NCBI GenBank assembly: GCA_029856105.1
Contig: JAHQWH010000036.1
Location: 1 to 50,466, forward strand
DNA from: Promethearchaeia archaeon
GTDB lineage: Archaea; Asgardarchaeota; Lokiarchaeia; Sigyniarchaeales; SOKP01
Direction of reading: 5' to 3'
DNA length: 50,466 bases
Every line of letters begins with the position of its first letter. Position 1 is the first letter of the stretch. A model generated the notes under the pieces. That model had not been told where the DNA came from. It did not search any database and saw only the letters and a list, made by a program, of their open reading frames with translations. This document shows, one piece after another, positions 41,814 through 50,466 of the stretch. The position numbers and the translations under genes are program-made.

Positions 41814-41878
41814 TTTAAATTCATTACAATTTCAATGTTATAATTTTTTTATTAATAAGTGAAAATTATTGATTTTCT

Positions 41879-42823
41879 TTAAATAGGTTCAAATGCGTTC
41901 ATTTTTTTAAGATAATCGAGCATTTGTAAGTAAAGCTTATCCCTCTTAGTAAGAATTTCTTCTTCAGTTCGACCTTGGTAATCGTAAAAACCTATTGAAG
42001 TTTTAGCCCCTAATTGCCCATTCTTCACTTTATCCCTAAGCAGTACGAGATCCATACCACCCATATTCTTGATGATATCATATACAACATCGAGTCCTAC
42101 AAAATCAAGATTTTGTGCTACTCCAACAAACGGCAAACGTATGCCCAAACTGTTCTTAATCGCCATGTCAATTTCTTCTGGAGAAGCTATGCCTCGTATT
42201 AAAAGAGTAAAAACCGCGGAATTTATTGCTTGCTGGATTTTATTGACAACAAAAGCATTTGTGAACTTTTTCAAGATTAAAGGTTTTTTGCCAATTTTTT
42301 CTAATAATTTAAACGAAATATCGATGACTTTAGAAGAAGTTTTACGCCCAGCTACTATTTCAACTAAAGGAATAATGTATGGCGGATGAAACCAATGGTG
42401 GATTACTAAGCGTTTCGGATTTTTAACTTTTGCGACATTGAAAATATTTAATTCGGAAGTATTGCTTGCTAAAATAATATCTTCTGAGCAGAATTCATTT
42501 AATTGAGAAAAAACTTCTCGTTTAACGTTACGATCTTCAGAAACTGCTTCTAAAACTAAATCGCAATTTTGGGCAGCAACTTTTAAATCGATAGATGGAT
42601 GAATACGATTCAAAATATTAGAAATTTCACCACTTTTTACATGCTTATACTCTACCAACAAAGAAAGGTTTGATTTAATCTTATTCATGGCATTATCAAG
42701 AACCTCTTGATTTAAATCTACAAGATCTACTTCAAACCCGGCAGTGGCATAAACTTGCGCAATGGCGTGTCCCATCGTGCCAGCACCTACAACCAATATG
42801 CGCTTTATTTTATCAAGTTCCAT
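41879..42823 (-). CDS. 3-hydroxyacyl-CoA dehydrogenase
   Basis: VVGAGTMG, EAVSE, ASNTS, HWFHPP..LVEI. Confidence 0.92.
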   Translation of the reverse strand: MELDKIKRILVVGAGTMGHAIAQVYATAGFEVDLVDLNQEVLDNAMNKIKSNLSLLVEYKHVKSGEISNILNRIHPSIDLKVAAQNCDLVLEAVSEDRNVKREVFSQLNEFCSEDIILASNTSELNIFNVAKVKNPKRLVIHHWFHPPYIIPLVEIVAGRKTSSKVIDISFKLLEKIGKKPLILKKFTNAFVVNKIQQAINSAVFTLLIRGIASPEEIDMAIKNSLGIRLPFVGVAQNLDFVGLDVVYDIIKNMGGMDLVLLRDKVKNGQLGAKTSIGFYDYQGRTEEEILTKRDKLYLQMLDYLKKMNAFEPI

Positions 42824-42914
42824 TTTCTTCAGTTATTTAATATTATTCTTATTACTAGTTAGAGGGGATTTTTAATAATAATTACTTTTTATTGAAAGAA
42901 AATAAATTTTATTT

Positions 42915-43691
42915 ATGTCAAATAATAATTTAGATTTTGGAGAGTATATTGAGTTTTCTGTAAAAAAAAGGTTTGGCACGATTACACTCAATAGAGTTCA
43001 TCGATCGAACGCTTTTACTATTGATCAATTAAGATATTTAAAAAAAGCGATTGAATACTGCCAAAAAAAAGATAAAATTAGAGGTTTAATTTTAACAAAC
43101 AACGGCTCTTCGTTCAGCACAGGAATGGATTTAGATGCTATTGATGGTAGCGATCATGCAGCTGTTAGAGATCTCGAAGATACTGCTGCAGATATATGTA
43201 AATTGTTATTTAACGGAAAACCGGTTATTTGTGCTATAAATGGTAGAACGATGGGCGAAGGCGTTGTGTTCTCAATATGTTGCGACTATCGAATCGCCGT
43301 TAAAGATAGTTTTTTTCAAATGCCAGAAATACGCTCTGGAATCTTCCCTGGCACTGGTTGTGTAGTTCTATTTTCAAAAATTATTGGGATTCCATGGTCG
43401 AAAAAGATGCTTATGTTTGGTGAAAAAGTAAGCGCGGAAAAAGCGCTAGAAATTGGGTTAATTGATGAGATTGTAGGTAGTAAAGAGGAATTAATTGAGG
43501 AATCTATGAGAAAAGCGGGTTTTCTCTTTTCAAAAAATCAAACTGTATTGAACGCGATTAAACTATGTAGCAATCATTTCCTTGATAAATCTTATAAGGA
43601 TGCATTTGAGATAGAAAAAATTGCTTCTGGATGGTACGAGCACGAAGATAAAAAAAAATTTATATCAGATTTGCAAAAGAAATTTGAATAG
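42915..43691 (+). CDS. Enoyl-CoA hydratase/isomerase family protein
   Basis: FSTGMDL, KPVICAING, MPE..GIFP. Confidence 0.88.
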   Translation: MSNNNLDFGEYIEFSVKKRFGTITLNRVHRSNAFTIDQLRYLKKAIEYCQKKDKIRGLILTNNGSSFSTGMDLDAIDGSDHAAVRDLEDTAADICKLLFNGKPVICAINGRTMGEGVVFSICCDYRIAVKDSFFQMPEIRSGIFPGTGCVVLFSKIIGIPWSKKMLMFGEKVSAEKALEIGLIDEIVGSKEELIEESMRKAGFLFSKNQTVLNAIKLCSNHFLDKSYKDAFEIEKIASGWYEHEDKKKFISDLQKKFE

Positions 43692-43719
43692 GCAAGAAAT
43701 TGTTTCCTATTTAAAAATA

Positions 43720-43936
43720 CTATTTTATTAAAAATTTATAGTGATTTTCGTCAATAACAGGGCTATAACCTATTTTTTAATAAATACTATTTGAAGTTGG
43801 ATTACTTAAATCCGTAAACAAGAAACAGTACTTATTTCCTTTTTCTAAGAGCTGTTTGCTCAATTTTGCAACGCACTCAGTTGCGTATATTATAAAAATC
43901 ATCTACTTCTTCGTAAAATCTTGCTTCCATACTCAT
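43720..43936 (-). pseudogene. GNAT (FR47-like) acetyltransferase remnant with internal deletion and nonsense codon
   Basis: MSMEARFYEEVDDFYN is joined out of frame to YATECVAKLSKQLLEKGNKYCFLFTDLSNPTSNSIY*KIGY; TAA at 43779-43777. Confidence 0.8.
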
Positions 43937-43989
43937 ATAAGAAGATTCACTAATTAAAAAATTAACGCGTGAGGGAATGTCAATACTAA

Positions 43990-44289
43990 TTAAAGGTTCT
44001 TTTTGAGATCGTCTAATTGCTTTTCGAAGCTTTCAATTTCGGATTTGGAAATTGTTTTATTATTAACTTTTTGAATTATGTCAATAAAACCCCTAATAAG
44101 AGGATGTTCCAGTACAACACATGTTTGATTTAACGTGTTAACATCTAAAATGAGGGCTGAATCTAATATTTCCCCCATTCCGAGCACATCCTTGAATAAT
44201 AATTCACTATCTTCGGTATATGATAAAATTACAATATCTTCTAATATTTGGGAGCCATCGTTTTTCTTTATTATCTTAAACTCGCACAT
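43990..44289 (-). CDS. cooT: CooT-family nickel-binding protein
   Basis: MCE N-terminus, ILEDI, DVLG; divergent from cdhB/cdhC. Confidence 0.75.
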   Translation of the reverse strand: MCEFKIIKKNDGSQILEDIVILSYTEDSELLFKDVLGMGEILDSALILDVNTLNQTCVVLEHPLIRGFIDIIQKVNNKTISKSEIESFEKQLDDLKKNL

Positions 44290-44442
44290 ATCTAATATTT
44301 CACTTTAATTCTAATGTTTATACGTATAAGTTTGGTCAATTTAAATAAAACCAACTTTTTTAAAATACGCTTAATAAATAAAAATATAGTAATTATTTTA
44401 AACTTACAGTTAAAATCTTTAACAGAGGAAATTGATGTAAAT

Positions 44443-44973
44443 ATGACAAGACCATATCAAAAAGCAAATATCCCAGGACCCGAGATGGGTACGACCGTTT
44501 TTGATCCAAAAGTCATGGCAAACTTCTTGAAGGACGATAAAAAGAAGCTTTTTGTCATAGGATCGGAGTCTTTAACTTGGGAACTTGATGGGAAAAAAGT
44601 AGCTGACTATTTTATTGAAATAGCAAAGAAACTAGATTGTCACGTCCTTACTACAGGCCACACATACAAATACGTAAAAGGTAAAATTCCAGAAGATAAA
44701 TTATGGGATATGTCGTTGATTAATATTACTGGTAGATTAGTAGATAAAGATTGGAAAGGCTTAGATGGCAAGGGACAATATAGAATGGCTATTTTTGGTG
44801 GACATATTGTCTACTATATAAGTCAAGCTTTAAGTCGACTGAAGAACTTTCAAAATCACCTGCGGACCGTTGAATTGGATAAATATTCACATCCTAACGC
44901 TCGATTTAGTCTTCCGAATTTTAGCGATAACGATTGGAAAGAATTTTTAGAAAAATTAATTGAAAATTTATAA
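44443..44973 (+). CDS. cdhB: ACDS complex epsilon subunit
   Basis: ANIPGP, DWKGLDGKGQY, YYISQALS.LK.F, HPNA.FS. Confidence 0.88.
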   Translation: MTRPYQKANIPGPEMGTTVFDPKVMANFLKDDKKKLFVIGSESLTWELDGKKVADYFIEIAKKLDCHVLTTGHTYKYVKGKIPEDKLWDMSLINITGRLVDKDWKGLDGKGQYRMAIFGGHIVYYISQALSRLKNFQNHLRTVELDKYSHPNARFSLPNFSDNDWKEFLEKLIENL

Positions 44974-45012
44974 AAATTAAAAAAGGAAAAATAATAAAAG
45001 GAGAATTACAAT

Positions 45013-46443
45013 ATGAGTTTTGAAGATATTCCCGTTCCAATTGGACCCGTATACGAAGGTGAACGTATTAGGGCAAAACAAATGTATGTAGAATTAGGCG
45101 GGCCCAAAATGGAAAAACACTTTGAACTTTGCAAAGTGGTTTCTAAAAAAGAGATTACAGATGGTCAAGTAACAATCCACGGAATCGATTTAAAAGACAT
45201 GGAAGAAGGATCAACCCATCCAATTGGAATCTTCGTAGAAGTCGCCGGGCCAGAATTAGAAGTGGACTTAGAAGCCGTTTTCGAAAGACGGGTTCATGAA
45301 TTCTGCAATTTCGTCAACGGAATTATGCACCTTAACCAGAGATATACAAACTGGCTAAGAATCTCTAAGACAGCAGTTGAAAAAGGCTTCAATTCGTTTC
45401 AACTACTAGGAGCAGTTCTTATTAGACTTTACAAGGCAGAATTACCTATCATTGAACAGGCTCAAGTAACTTTTTTCACAAATGAAAAGGAAATTGAAAA
45501 ACCTTATGCTATGGCAATGGAGATTTACGATAAAAGAGACGAAAGAGCACGAACAATTCACGACGAAGACGTAGACATGTTTTACGGATGTGTCTTATGC
45601 CAATCTTTCGCCCCGACTCACGCATGTTGCATTACACCTGACCGAACAAGTTTGTGCGGTTCAATTAATTGGTTCGATGCAAGAGCAGCTGCGAAAGTCG
45701 ATCCTAAGGGACCTTTATTCGAAATTCCCCCAGGCGAATGCTTGAACGAACTTGCTGGCGAATACACCGGCGTTAACGAAATGATCAAAAAACGCTCGTT
45801 AGGAGAAATTGACAGAATTTATCTGTTTTCGGGCATGGAATTCCCACATACATCGTGCGGTTGTTTCGAAGCTATCGATTTTTACATCCCTGAAGTAAAT
45901 GGACACGGAATTGTAGATCGAAACTACGGCGATGTAGCAATTAACGGGCTTCCGTTCAGCGCGATGGCAAACCAAACGGGCGGCGGCAAACAGATGCCCG
46001 GTTTTAACGGCATCAGCATCCAGTACATCATATCACCGAAATATCAACAGTATGACGGAAAATCACAAGGATTAAATGAAGGAATTGAAACCGTCGTATG
46101 GATGAACAAGGGAGTAAAAGACCGCATCGGCGAATTCCTTCCGAAAGACCTTTTGTCTAAAATCGCAACTGAAGAAGAAGTTACTGATATTAACGCGTTA
46201 AAGCAATGGTTACAGGATGTTAACCATCCCATAGTCGAAACATGGGCAGAGGCGTTAGCGGAAGAAGAAGAAGAGGAAGAATGGGAAGCAGAGGGCGCGA
46301 TGGTTCCAATGGGAACTGTTGGGATGACTATTCCTGGAGTAGGTGGCTCAGGCGGATTCTCGATCATCTTAAAGAACTGTAAAGTGCACGCCGAGGCAAT
46401 AATAATCAAGAAGATTGGGCCTAAGGGTAAAAAGAAGAAATAA
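45013..46443 (+). CDS. cdhC: ACDS complex beta subunit (acetyl-CoA synthase)
   Basis: YEGERIR, GCVLCQSFAPTH, PHTSCGCFE, acidic C-terminal linker. Confidence 0.95.
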   Translation: MSFEDIPVPIGPVYEGERIRAKQMYVELGGPKMEKHFELCKVVSKKEITDGQVTIHGIDLKDMEEGSTHPIGIFVEVAGPELEVDLEAVFERRVHEFCNFVNGIMHLNQRYTNWLRISKTAVEKGFNSFQLLGAVLIRLYKAELPIIEQAQVTFFTNEKEIEKPYAMAMEIYDKRDERARTIHDEDVDMFYGCVLCQSFAPTHACCITPDRTSLCGSINWFDARAAAKVDPKGPLFEIPPGECLNELAGEYTGVNEMIKKRSLGEIDRIYLFSGMEFPHTSCGCFEAIDFYIPEVNGHGIVDRNYGDVAINGLPFSAMANQTGGGKQMPGFNGISIQYIISPKYQQYDGKSQGLNEGIETVVWMNKGVKDRIGEFLPKDLLSKIATEEEVTDINALKQWLQDVNHPIVETWAEALAEEEEEEEWEAEGAMVPMGTVGMTIPGVGGSGGFSIILKNCKVHAEAIIIKKIGPKGKKKK

Positions 46444-46495
46444 GAAACTTATTCTACTTTATTTTTATTTTTTATTTTATTGAATTTCAAAAATA

Positions 46496-47083
46496 TTATA
46501 GCTTCTTAGTTTCACTTAGATTTTTAAGTCGCTTTATTACATCCCATTTCTTTATTAATTTGGCTACGATTGGGGGTACAAATTGTTCCCATTGTCCACC
46601 TTTGAGCATAGATTCACGAATATCGCTTCCGCTGAGCCCTTTTTTTTCTAAAGGAACTTCCCATAAAACTTGAACATTCAATCCTAAAGATTCTAAGTAT
46701 TTTTTCTTTTGTCGGCCCCAATCGTCGTAAATCGAGAGGAAAAACGCCACATCCATTGGAACGTAATATTTTAATAGCTCAGGTACATTTATAGGGAACG
46801 GTACAATAGAGAATTCTGACAATTCCAACCCTTTTTCTAATAAAGTTTCTCTTACCATTACATATCGTTCATAGTAAGTCAAAGGGTTAGCGATAAGCAT
46901 ACTGCGATGAGGATTTGAATCGTGGACTTTAGTTAGGGTAGGGTCGGGATTGGTGATTCCCACGATTAAATGATTGCATAGTTTTTTTCCTGCTAGGAGA
47001 AATTTCACGTGATCGTTGTGGAGTATTTGGAGTCTTCCGTGAATTACGCCTGTTTCGTACTGTGTTCCTTTAATTTGCTTCAT
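46496..47083 (-). CDS. Cytidylyltransferase-like nucleotidyltransferase (NMN/NaMN adenylyltransferase-like)
   Basis: HGRLQILHNDH, VGITNPD, NPLTYYER, SGSDIR. Confidence 0.8.
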   Translation of the reverse strand: MKQIKGTQYETGVIHGRLQILHNDHVKFLLAGKKLCNHLIVGITNPDPTLTKVHDSNPHRSMLIANPLTYYERYVMVRETLLEKGLELSEFSIVPFPINVPELLKYYVPMDVAFFLSIYDDWGRQKKKYLESLGLNVQVLWEVPLEKKGLSGSDIRESMLKGGQWEQFVPPIVAKLIKKWDVIKRLKNLSETKKL

Positions 47084-47183
47084 TCTAGTTAATTATTTGT
47101 CGCAATAAAATAATTCGAATAATTCAAAAAAGATTAATAATTTTGCCATATAAATTATTCAATTTGATGATAGGTGTATTATT

Positions 47184-48443
47184 ATGTTATTAAAAGAGGA
47201 TATCGAAGAATCGAAAGAACGCATGGATGCGTGGTGGGATCACGAAGTAGTTGATCGTCCGGTTATATCTTACTATTTTTCGAAGAAAAGGGCAGCCATT
47301 GGAGGCTATTTAGATGCCCTTGGGCAAGATTGGAGGTTGGCAAAAAACCAAGAGGGAATCGAGGAATCTCTTGATAGTTTTGAGAAAAATGCTGAAAAAA
47401 CTTTTTATGGTGGAGAAGCAATACCTTCTTATTTTCCAAATTACGGACCGGGCATAGTTGCGGCTATTTTTGGCGTTGACCCGAAATTTCAATCTGAAAC
47501 TATTTGGTTTAGTCGCCCAACCAAACCAGAAGAAATAATATCTCTTCTTGAAAGCGTAAAATTAGACCAGAATAACGAATGGTATTCGAGAATTCTTAGA
47601 ATCACGGAGTATGCTGTGAAAAGGGCTAAAGAAAATTATCAGGTTTCAATTACAGATCTAGGAGGAGTTTTAGATATTCTTTCCTCGTTCTTAGGACCAA
47701 CTAATCTACTACTAACTATGAAACGTAATCCACACATAATAGACACTTGCCGAGAAATAATTCTTGAAAAATTAATAAAAATCTACGATAAGCTTTACGG
47801 CATTATTGAGAAGGATTGCAAAGGCTTCAACGCTTGGTTAAATGTCTGGTGTAGGAAAAGTTGGTACCCCGTTCAATGTGATTTTATCGCGATGCTCAAC
47901 CCAAAATTTTTTAAAAGGTTTGCATTACCAGATATTATTACTCAAATCGAACATATGGAGTACGCAATTTACCACATGGACGGCCCTTATCAAATCCCGT
48001 TTTTAGACGATTTTTTATCAATCTCACACTTAACAGGTATCCAATGGGTACCAGGAGCAGGTCGACAACCACAAGGATCAGAAGAGTGGATCCCTCTATA
48101 CAAAAAAATCCAAAAAGCAGGTAAAAACATTGTAATAGATACCCTTTCGGAAAAAGTACCTCATTTATATCGTAATTTAGAGCATAAGGGCTTATACGTT
48201 AGAACGCTCTATTCTTCTAAAATAATCGCAGACTTTTACTTACCCCCTTTTATTGGTGGCGGAGATGGTAAGTTAATAGAAGAGGCAATTAGCTGGGTAA
48301 AAAATAACAATTATCCAAATATAAATAAGGAATTGCTTGAGGAATTTTTAAATACGAAGCACTACGAGTTCGATAGCGGAGTTAAACGACAACTGCTTAA
48401 ACAAATAAATAGTTCTTTAAAAGAAAAGCTGTATTTTACTTGA
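47184..48443 (+). CDS. URO-D/MtaA-fold protein (putative corrinoid methyltransferase-like)
   Basis: NYGPG, QCDFIAM, YHMDGP, IQWVPG. Confidence 0.7.
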   Translation: MLLKEDIEESKERMDAWWDHEVVDRPVISYYFSKKRAAIGGYLDALGQDWRLAKNQEGIEESLDSFEKNAEKTFYGGEAIPSYFPNYGPGIVAAIFGVDPKFQSETIWFSRPTKPEEIISLLESVKLDQNNEWYSRILRITEYAVKRAKENYQVSITDLGGVLDILSSFLGPTNLLLTMKRNPHIIDTCREIILEKLIKIYDKLYGIIEKDCKGFNAWLNVWCRKSWYPVQCDFIAMLNPKFFKRFALPDIITQIEHMEYAIYHMDGPYQIPFLDDFLSISHLTGIQWVPGAGRQPQGSEEWIPLYKKIQKAGKNIVIDTLSEKVPHLYRNLEHKGLYVRTLYSSKIIADFYLPPFIGGGDGKLIEEAISWVKNNNYPNINKELLEEFLNTKHYEFDSGVKRQLLKQINSSLKEKLYFT

Positions 48444-48526
48444 AATAAATTCCTTTATCGAAGAAAATTTGAAGAGCTATTAAACTAATTAAAAATATTT
48501 TAAAGGATAAAAGTAAATTTATAATT

Positions 48527-50116
48527 ATGCGTTTAAAGACTCTATTTTATAAAAACAAAATATTTTCAATAGGAACTCTGTTCTTTTCGATTTGGATTAG
48601 TATTTTAGTTTTGCTTGCAATATTTAGTCGTAGGGAAATAGTTTTTTACGATGCTCTTGGACAAACCGATGTTTCTTCTAATTATATTAGCTTTTTGCCA
48701 TTTTTAAGATATGTTTTTGAACCCTTTGCAACAATTGCTTTTATTTTAGAATACCGATTCACTTGGCTTTTCCTGTATTTAATAATATACCCTATTCTAC
48801 GCGTTATTTATTTGTTCTTAAGAAAATCGGGCAAATTAAACTCAAGTAAATACAACCATCTAAAACATTTGTTAACAGATTTCATTTATTTTTCGTTTAA
48901 AGTCTTTTCTATAACGCTTGTTGCAATTTTACTAATAGTACTAGTAGGATACTTAATTCAAGGTTTTTTCTTTGTTAATAGATACTTTATGGTCCCAGTT
49001 CAAATTGGAATACACTTTAGTGTTATATTAATTTCAATTAAAGCGGTGTGTTCTCTTTTAAAATTATTCCATCCAAGGCTTAAATTTAATTTTGCTGCTA
49101 AAATAGAAAGGGGAAATAGAAAAATTACAGCGAATTTGAAGAAAGAATTTGTTTATTTTGCCGGAATTTTATTATTATTACTAGGGTCTAATGTTATTTT
49201 ATTGTCAATTCAATTTCCAACGCATAAAATAATCCCAATTACTCCTCTTGACGACGACGAGTTTTTGTTTGACTTTCACGTCCACACGACCTTTTCTGAC
49301 GGTTGGCTTACACCCGAAGAGAGAGTTTTATGGTACATTGAACACGGGATTTCTGGAGCGGCATTTTCCGATCACGATAACATAAGAGGAGCTTTAGCAG
49401 CTAGAGAATTTGTTGAGAAAAATGGACTGGATTTTACAGTCTGGATAGCAGAAGAATGGACAAATCACGAACCAGATCCCGAAATTCATATGAATTACTT
49501 TGGGATAGAAGAAGAATTAGTACCTCTCGAATCTTATACACCAGAAGGACCTAAAGCGATGAATGCCTCAGATTTAATAAGTTATGTAAAAGCTAACGGT
49601 GGTTTTATAACGGTGAACCATTATAATTACGAAGACGGGTCTGGAGCACCACATACACTTGAACAATTGCGCGATTGGGGCGTCGATGGTTTTGAAATCA
49701 TTAATGGTGGGGGTTATACCAGGTATACGGAGATACGTCAATTTTGCTTGGATAACAATTTAATTTGCATAGCGGGGTCTGACATTCACACTAACGAAGA
49801 CTTAAACACTTTTATCAAATTAAAATTAGATGATCCAAGTAATAAAACGATTGAAAATATTTTTAAAAACTTAGAAAATAATACACATGAAGCTGTAGCC
49901 ATTCAATTATTTTCTGAAACTTTCAAACTTCCCGGAGATTCGAATGATTCAGGACTTTACATCGTAGAAGAATTTATTAATTATCTCTTAAACATAGATA
50001 TTTATCAAGCCTTATCTTGGATAATTTGGTCATCTATAGTCTATCTAACATTCGCCCTATTTTACAGGAAGGCAAAAAAAGTAGAATTAAAATGGTTAAA
50101 GGTTAAAATTTATTAA
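48527..50116 (+). CDS. Membrane-anchored PHP-domain metallophosphoesterase
   Basis: About 5-6 N-terminal TM segments; DFHVHTTFSDG, SDHD, GSDIH; C-terminal TM segment. Confidence 0.85.
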   Translation: MRLKTLFYKNKIFSIGTLFFSIWISILVLLAIFSRREIVFYDALGQTDVSSNYISFLPFLRYVFEPFATIAFILEYRFTWLFLYLIIYPILRVIYLFLRKSGKLNSSKYNHLKHLLTDFIYFSFKVFSITLVAILLIVLVGYLIQGFFFVNRYFMVPVQIGIHFSVILISIKAVCSLLKLFHPRLKFNFAAKIERGNRKITANLKKEFVYFAGILLLLLGSNVILLSIQFPTHKIIPITPLDDDEFLFDFHVHTTFSDGWLTPEERVLWYIEHGISGAAFSDHDNIRGALAAREFVEKNGLDFTVWIAEEWTNHEPDPEIHMNYFGIEEELVPLESYTPEGPKAMNASDLISYVKANGGFITVNHYNYEDGSGAPHTLEQLRDWGVDGFEIINGGGYTRYTEIRQFCLDNNLICIAGSDIHTNEDLNTFIKLKLDDPSNKTIENIFKNLENNTHEAVAIQLFSETFKLPGDSNDSGLYIVEEFINYLLNIDIYQALSWIIWSSIVYLTFALFYRKAKKVELKWLKVKIY

Positions 50117-50146
50117 ATTCTTTTTTTTAATATTGATTAATTTAAT

Positions 50147-50466
50147 TTAAATATAATACCCCGTTTTATCGTCTACATTCGTATCGTTGTCATCGTCGTT
50201 ATCGTCTTCGTCTTCTTTACCCATTAGCTTTTTAGAGAAAAATTTCATTATATCTTTTGGATCTAAATCTTTTAAGTCGTTCATATCGATTGGGATTATC
50301 CCTTTTTTTAAAGGTCCCATTTGACTTCTTAATTGCTTCTCAATTCTCTTTTTCTCTCTTTCGTGCAAAATTAATTCCTTTTTCATAAGGATATTTAACT
50401 CATTTGCTACTAATTCGTCCAATTCGCTAGGGGCAAAAGATAATAACAATTCTGTATCATATAGTT
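50147..50466 (-). CDS. Hypothetical protein, C-terminal part (frame open to window edge)
   Basis: No stop upstream of 50449; acidic tail ending GYYI. Confidence 0.65.
   Translation of the reverse strand, partial: LYDTELLLSFAPSELDELVANELNILMKKELILHEREKKRIEKQLRSQMGPLKKGIIPIDMNDLKDLDPKDIMKFFSKKLMGKEDEDDNDDDNDTNVDDKTGYYI

Noticed and set aside
43866-43887. Hairpin GCAAC...GTTGC as an ncRNA or terminator
   Set aside because: It is short and lies within pseudogene coding sequence, so it is likely chance
46056-46085. Extra segment in cdhC as an intron
   Set aside because: It is in frame and no 4-bp helix with 3-nt bulges was found
2941-47492. Numerous short antisense or overlapping ORFs in the track (e.g. 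2941-3201, 4934-5224, 24851-25138, 46044-46409)
   Set aside because: These are shadows of well-supported genes and have no motifs
1-50466. tRNA, rRNA, CRISPR array, transposase, SECIS
   Set aside because: None was recognised by eye; intergenic regions are short AT-rich tracts with no spaced repeats

Overview
This is an AT-rich, gene-dense archaeal window. The archaeal-type cdhB/cdhC, the large set of beta-oxidation paralogues, the TPR proteins and the GGAGG/GGTGA ribosome-binding sites suggest an Asgard (Lokiarchaeia-like) genome; this placement is inferred. Most of the window is a lipid/acyl-CoA catabolic region. It holds 4 thiolase-fold genes with 4 DUF35 partners, 3 acyl-CoA ligases, 4 crotonases, an acyl-CoA dehydrogenase, a 3-hydroxyacyl-CoA dehydrogenase, 2 BKACE paralogues, 2 SCP2 proteins and GlpD. 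Also present are a polar amino-acid ABC transporter, an orphan DNA methyltransferase-TRD fusion and part of the Wood-Ljungdahl ACDS complex. The main finding concerns the 'split' thiolase at 31573-32868 (-). It is interrupted by a 30-nt, stop-containing insertion (31908-31937) that folds into a canonical bulge-helix-bulge. Cutting at the standard endonuclease sites restores the conserved HDAFSGQEVISYEELG motif exactly. It is therefore a candidate tRNA-type intron in a protein-coding mRNA. Secondary findings are an Ltp4-Ltp3-DUF35-DUF35-like aldolase module, several probable ATA/ATT starts, Cys-rich inserts in two CoA ligases and a deletion-fused GNAT pseudogene.
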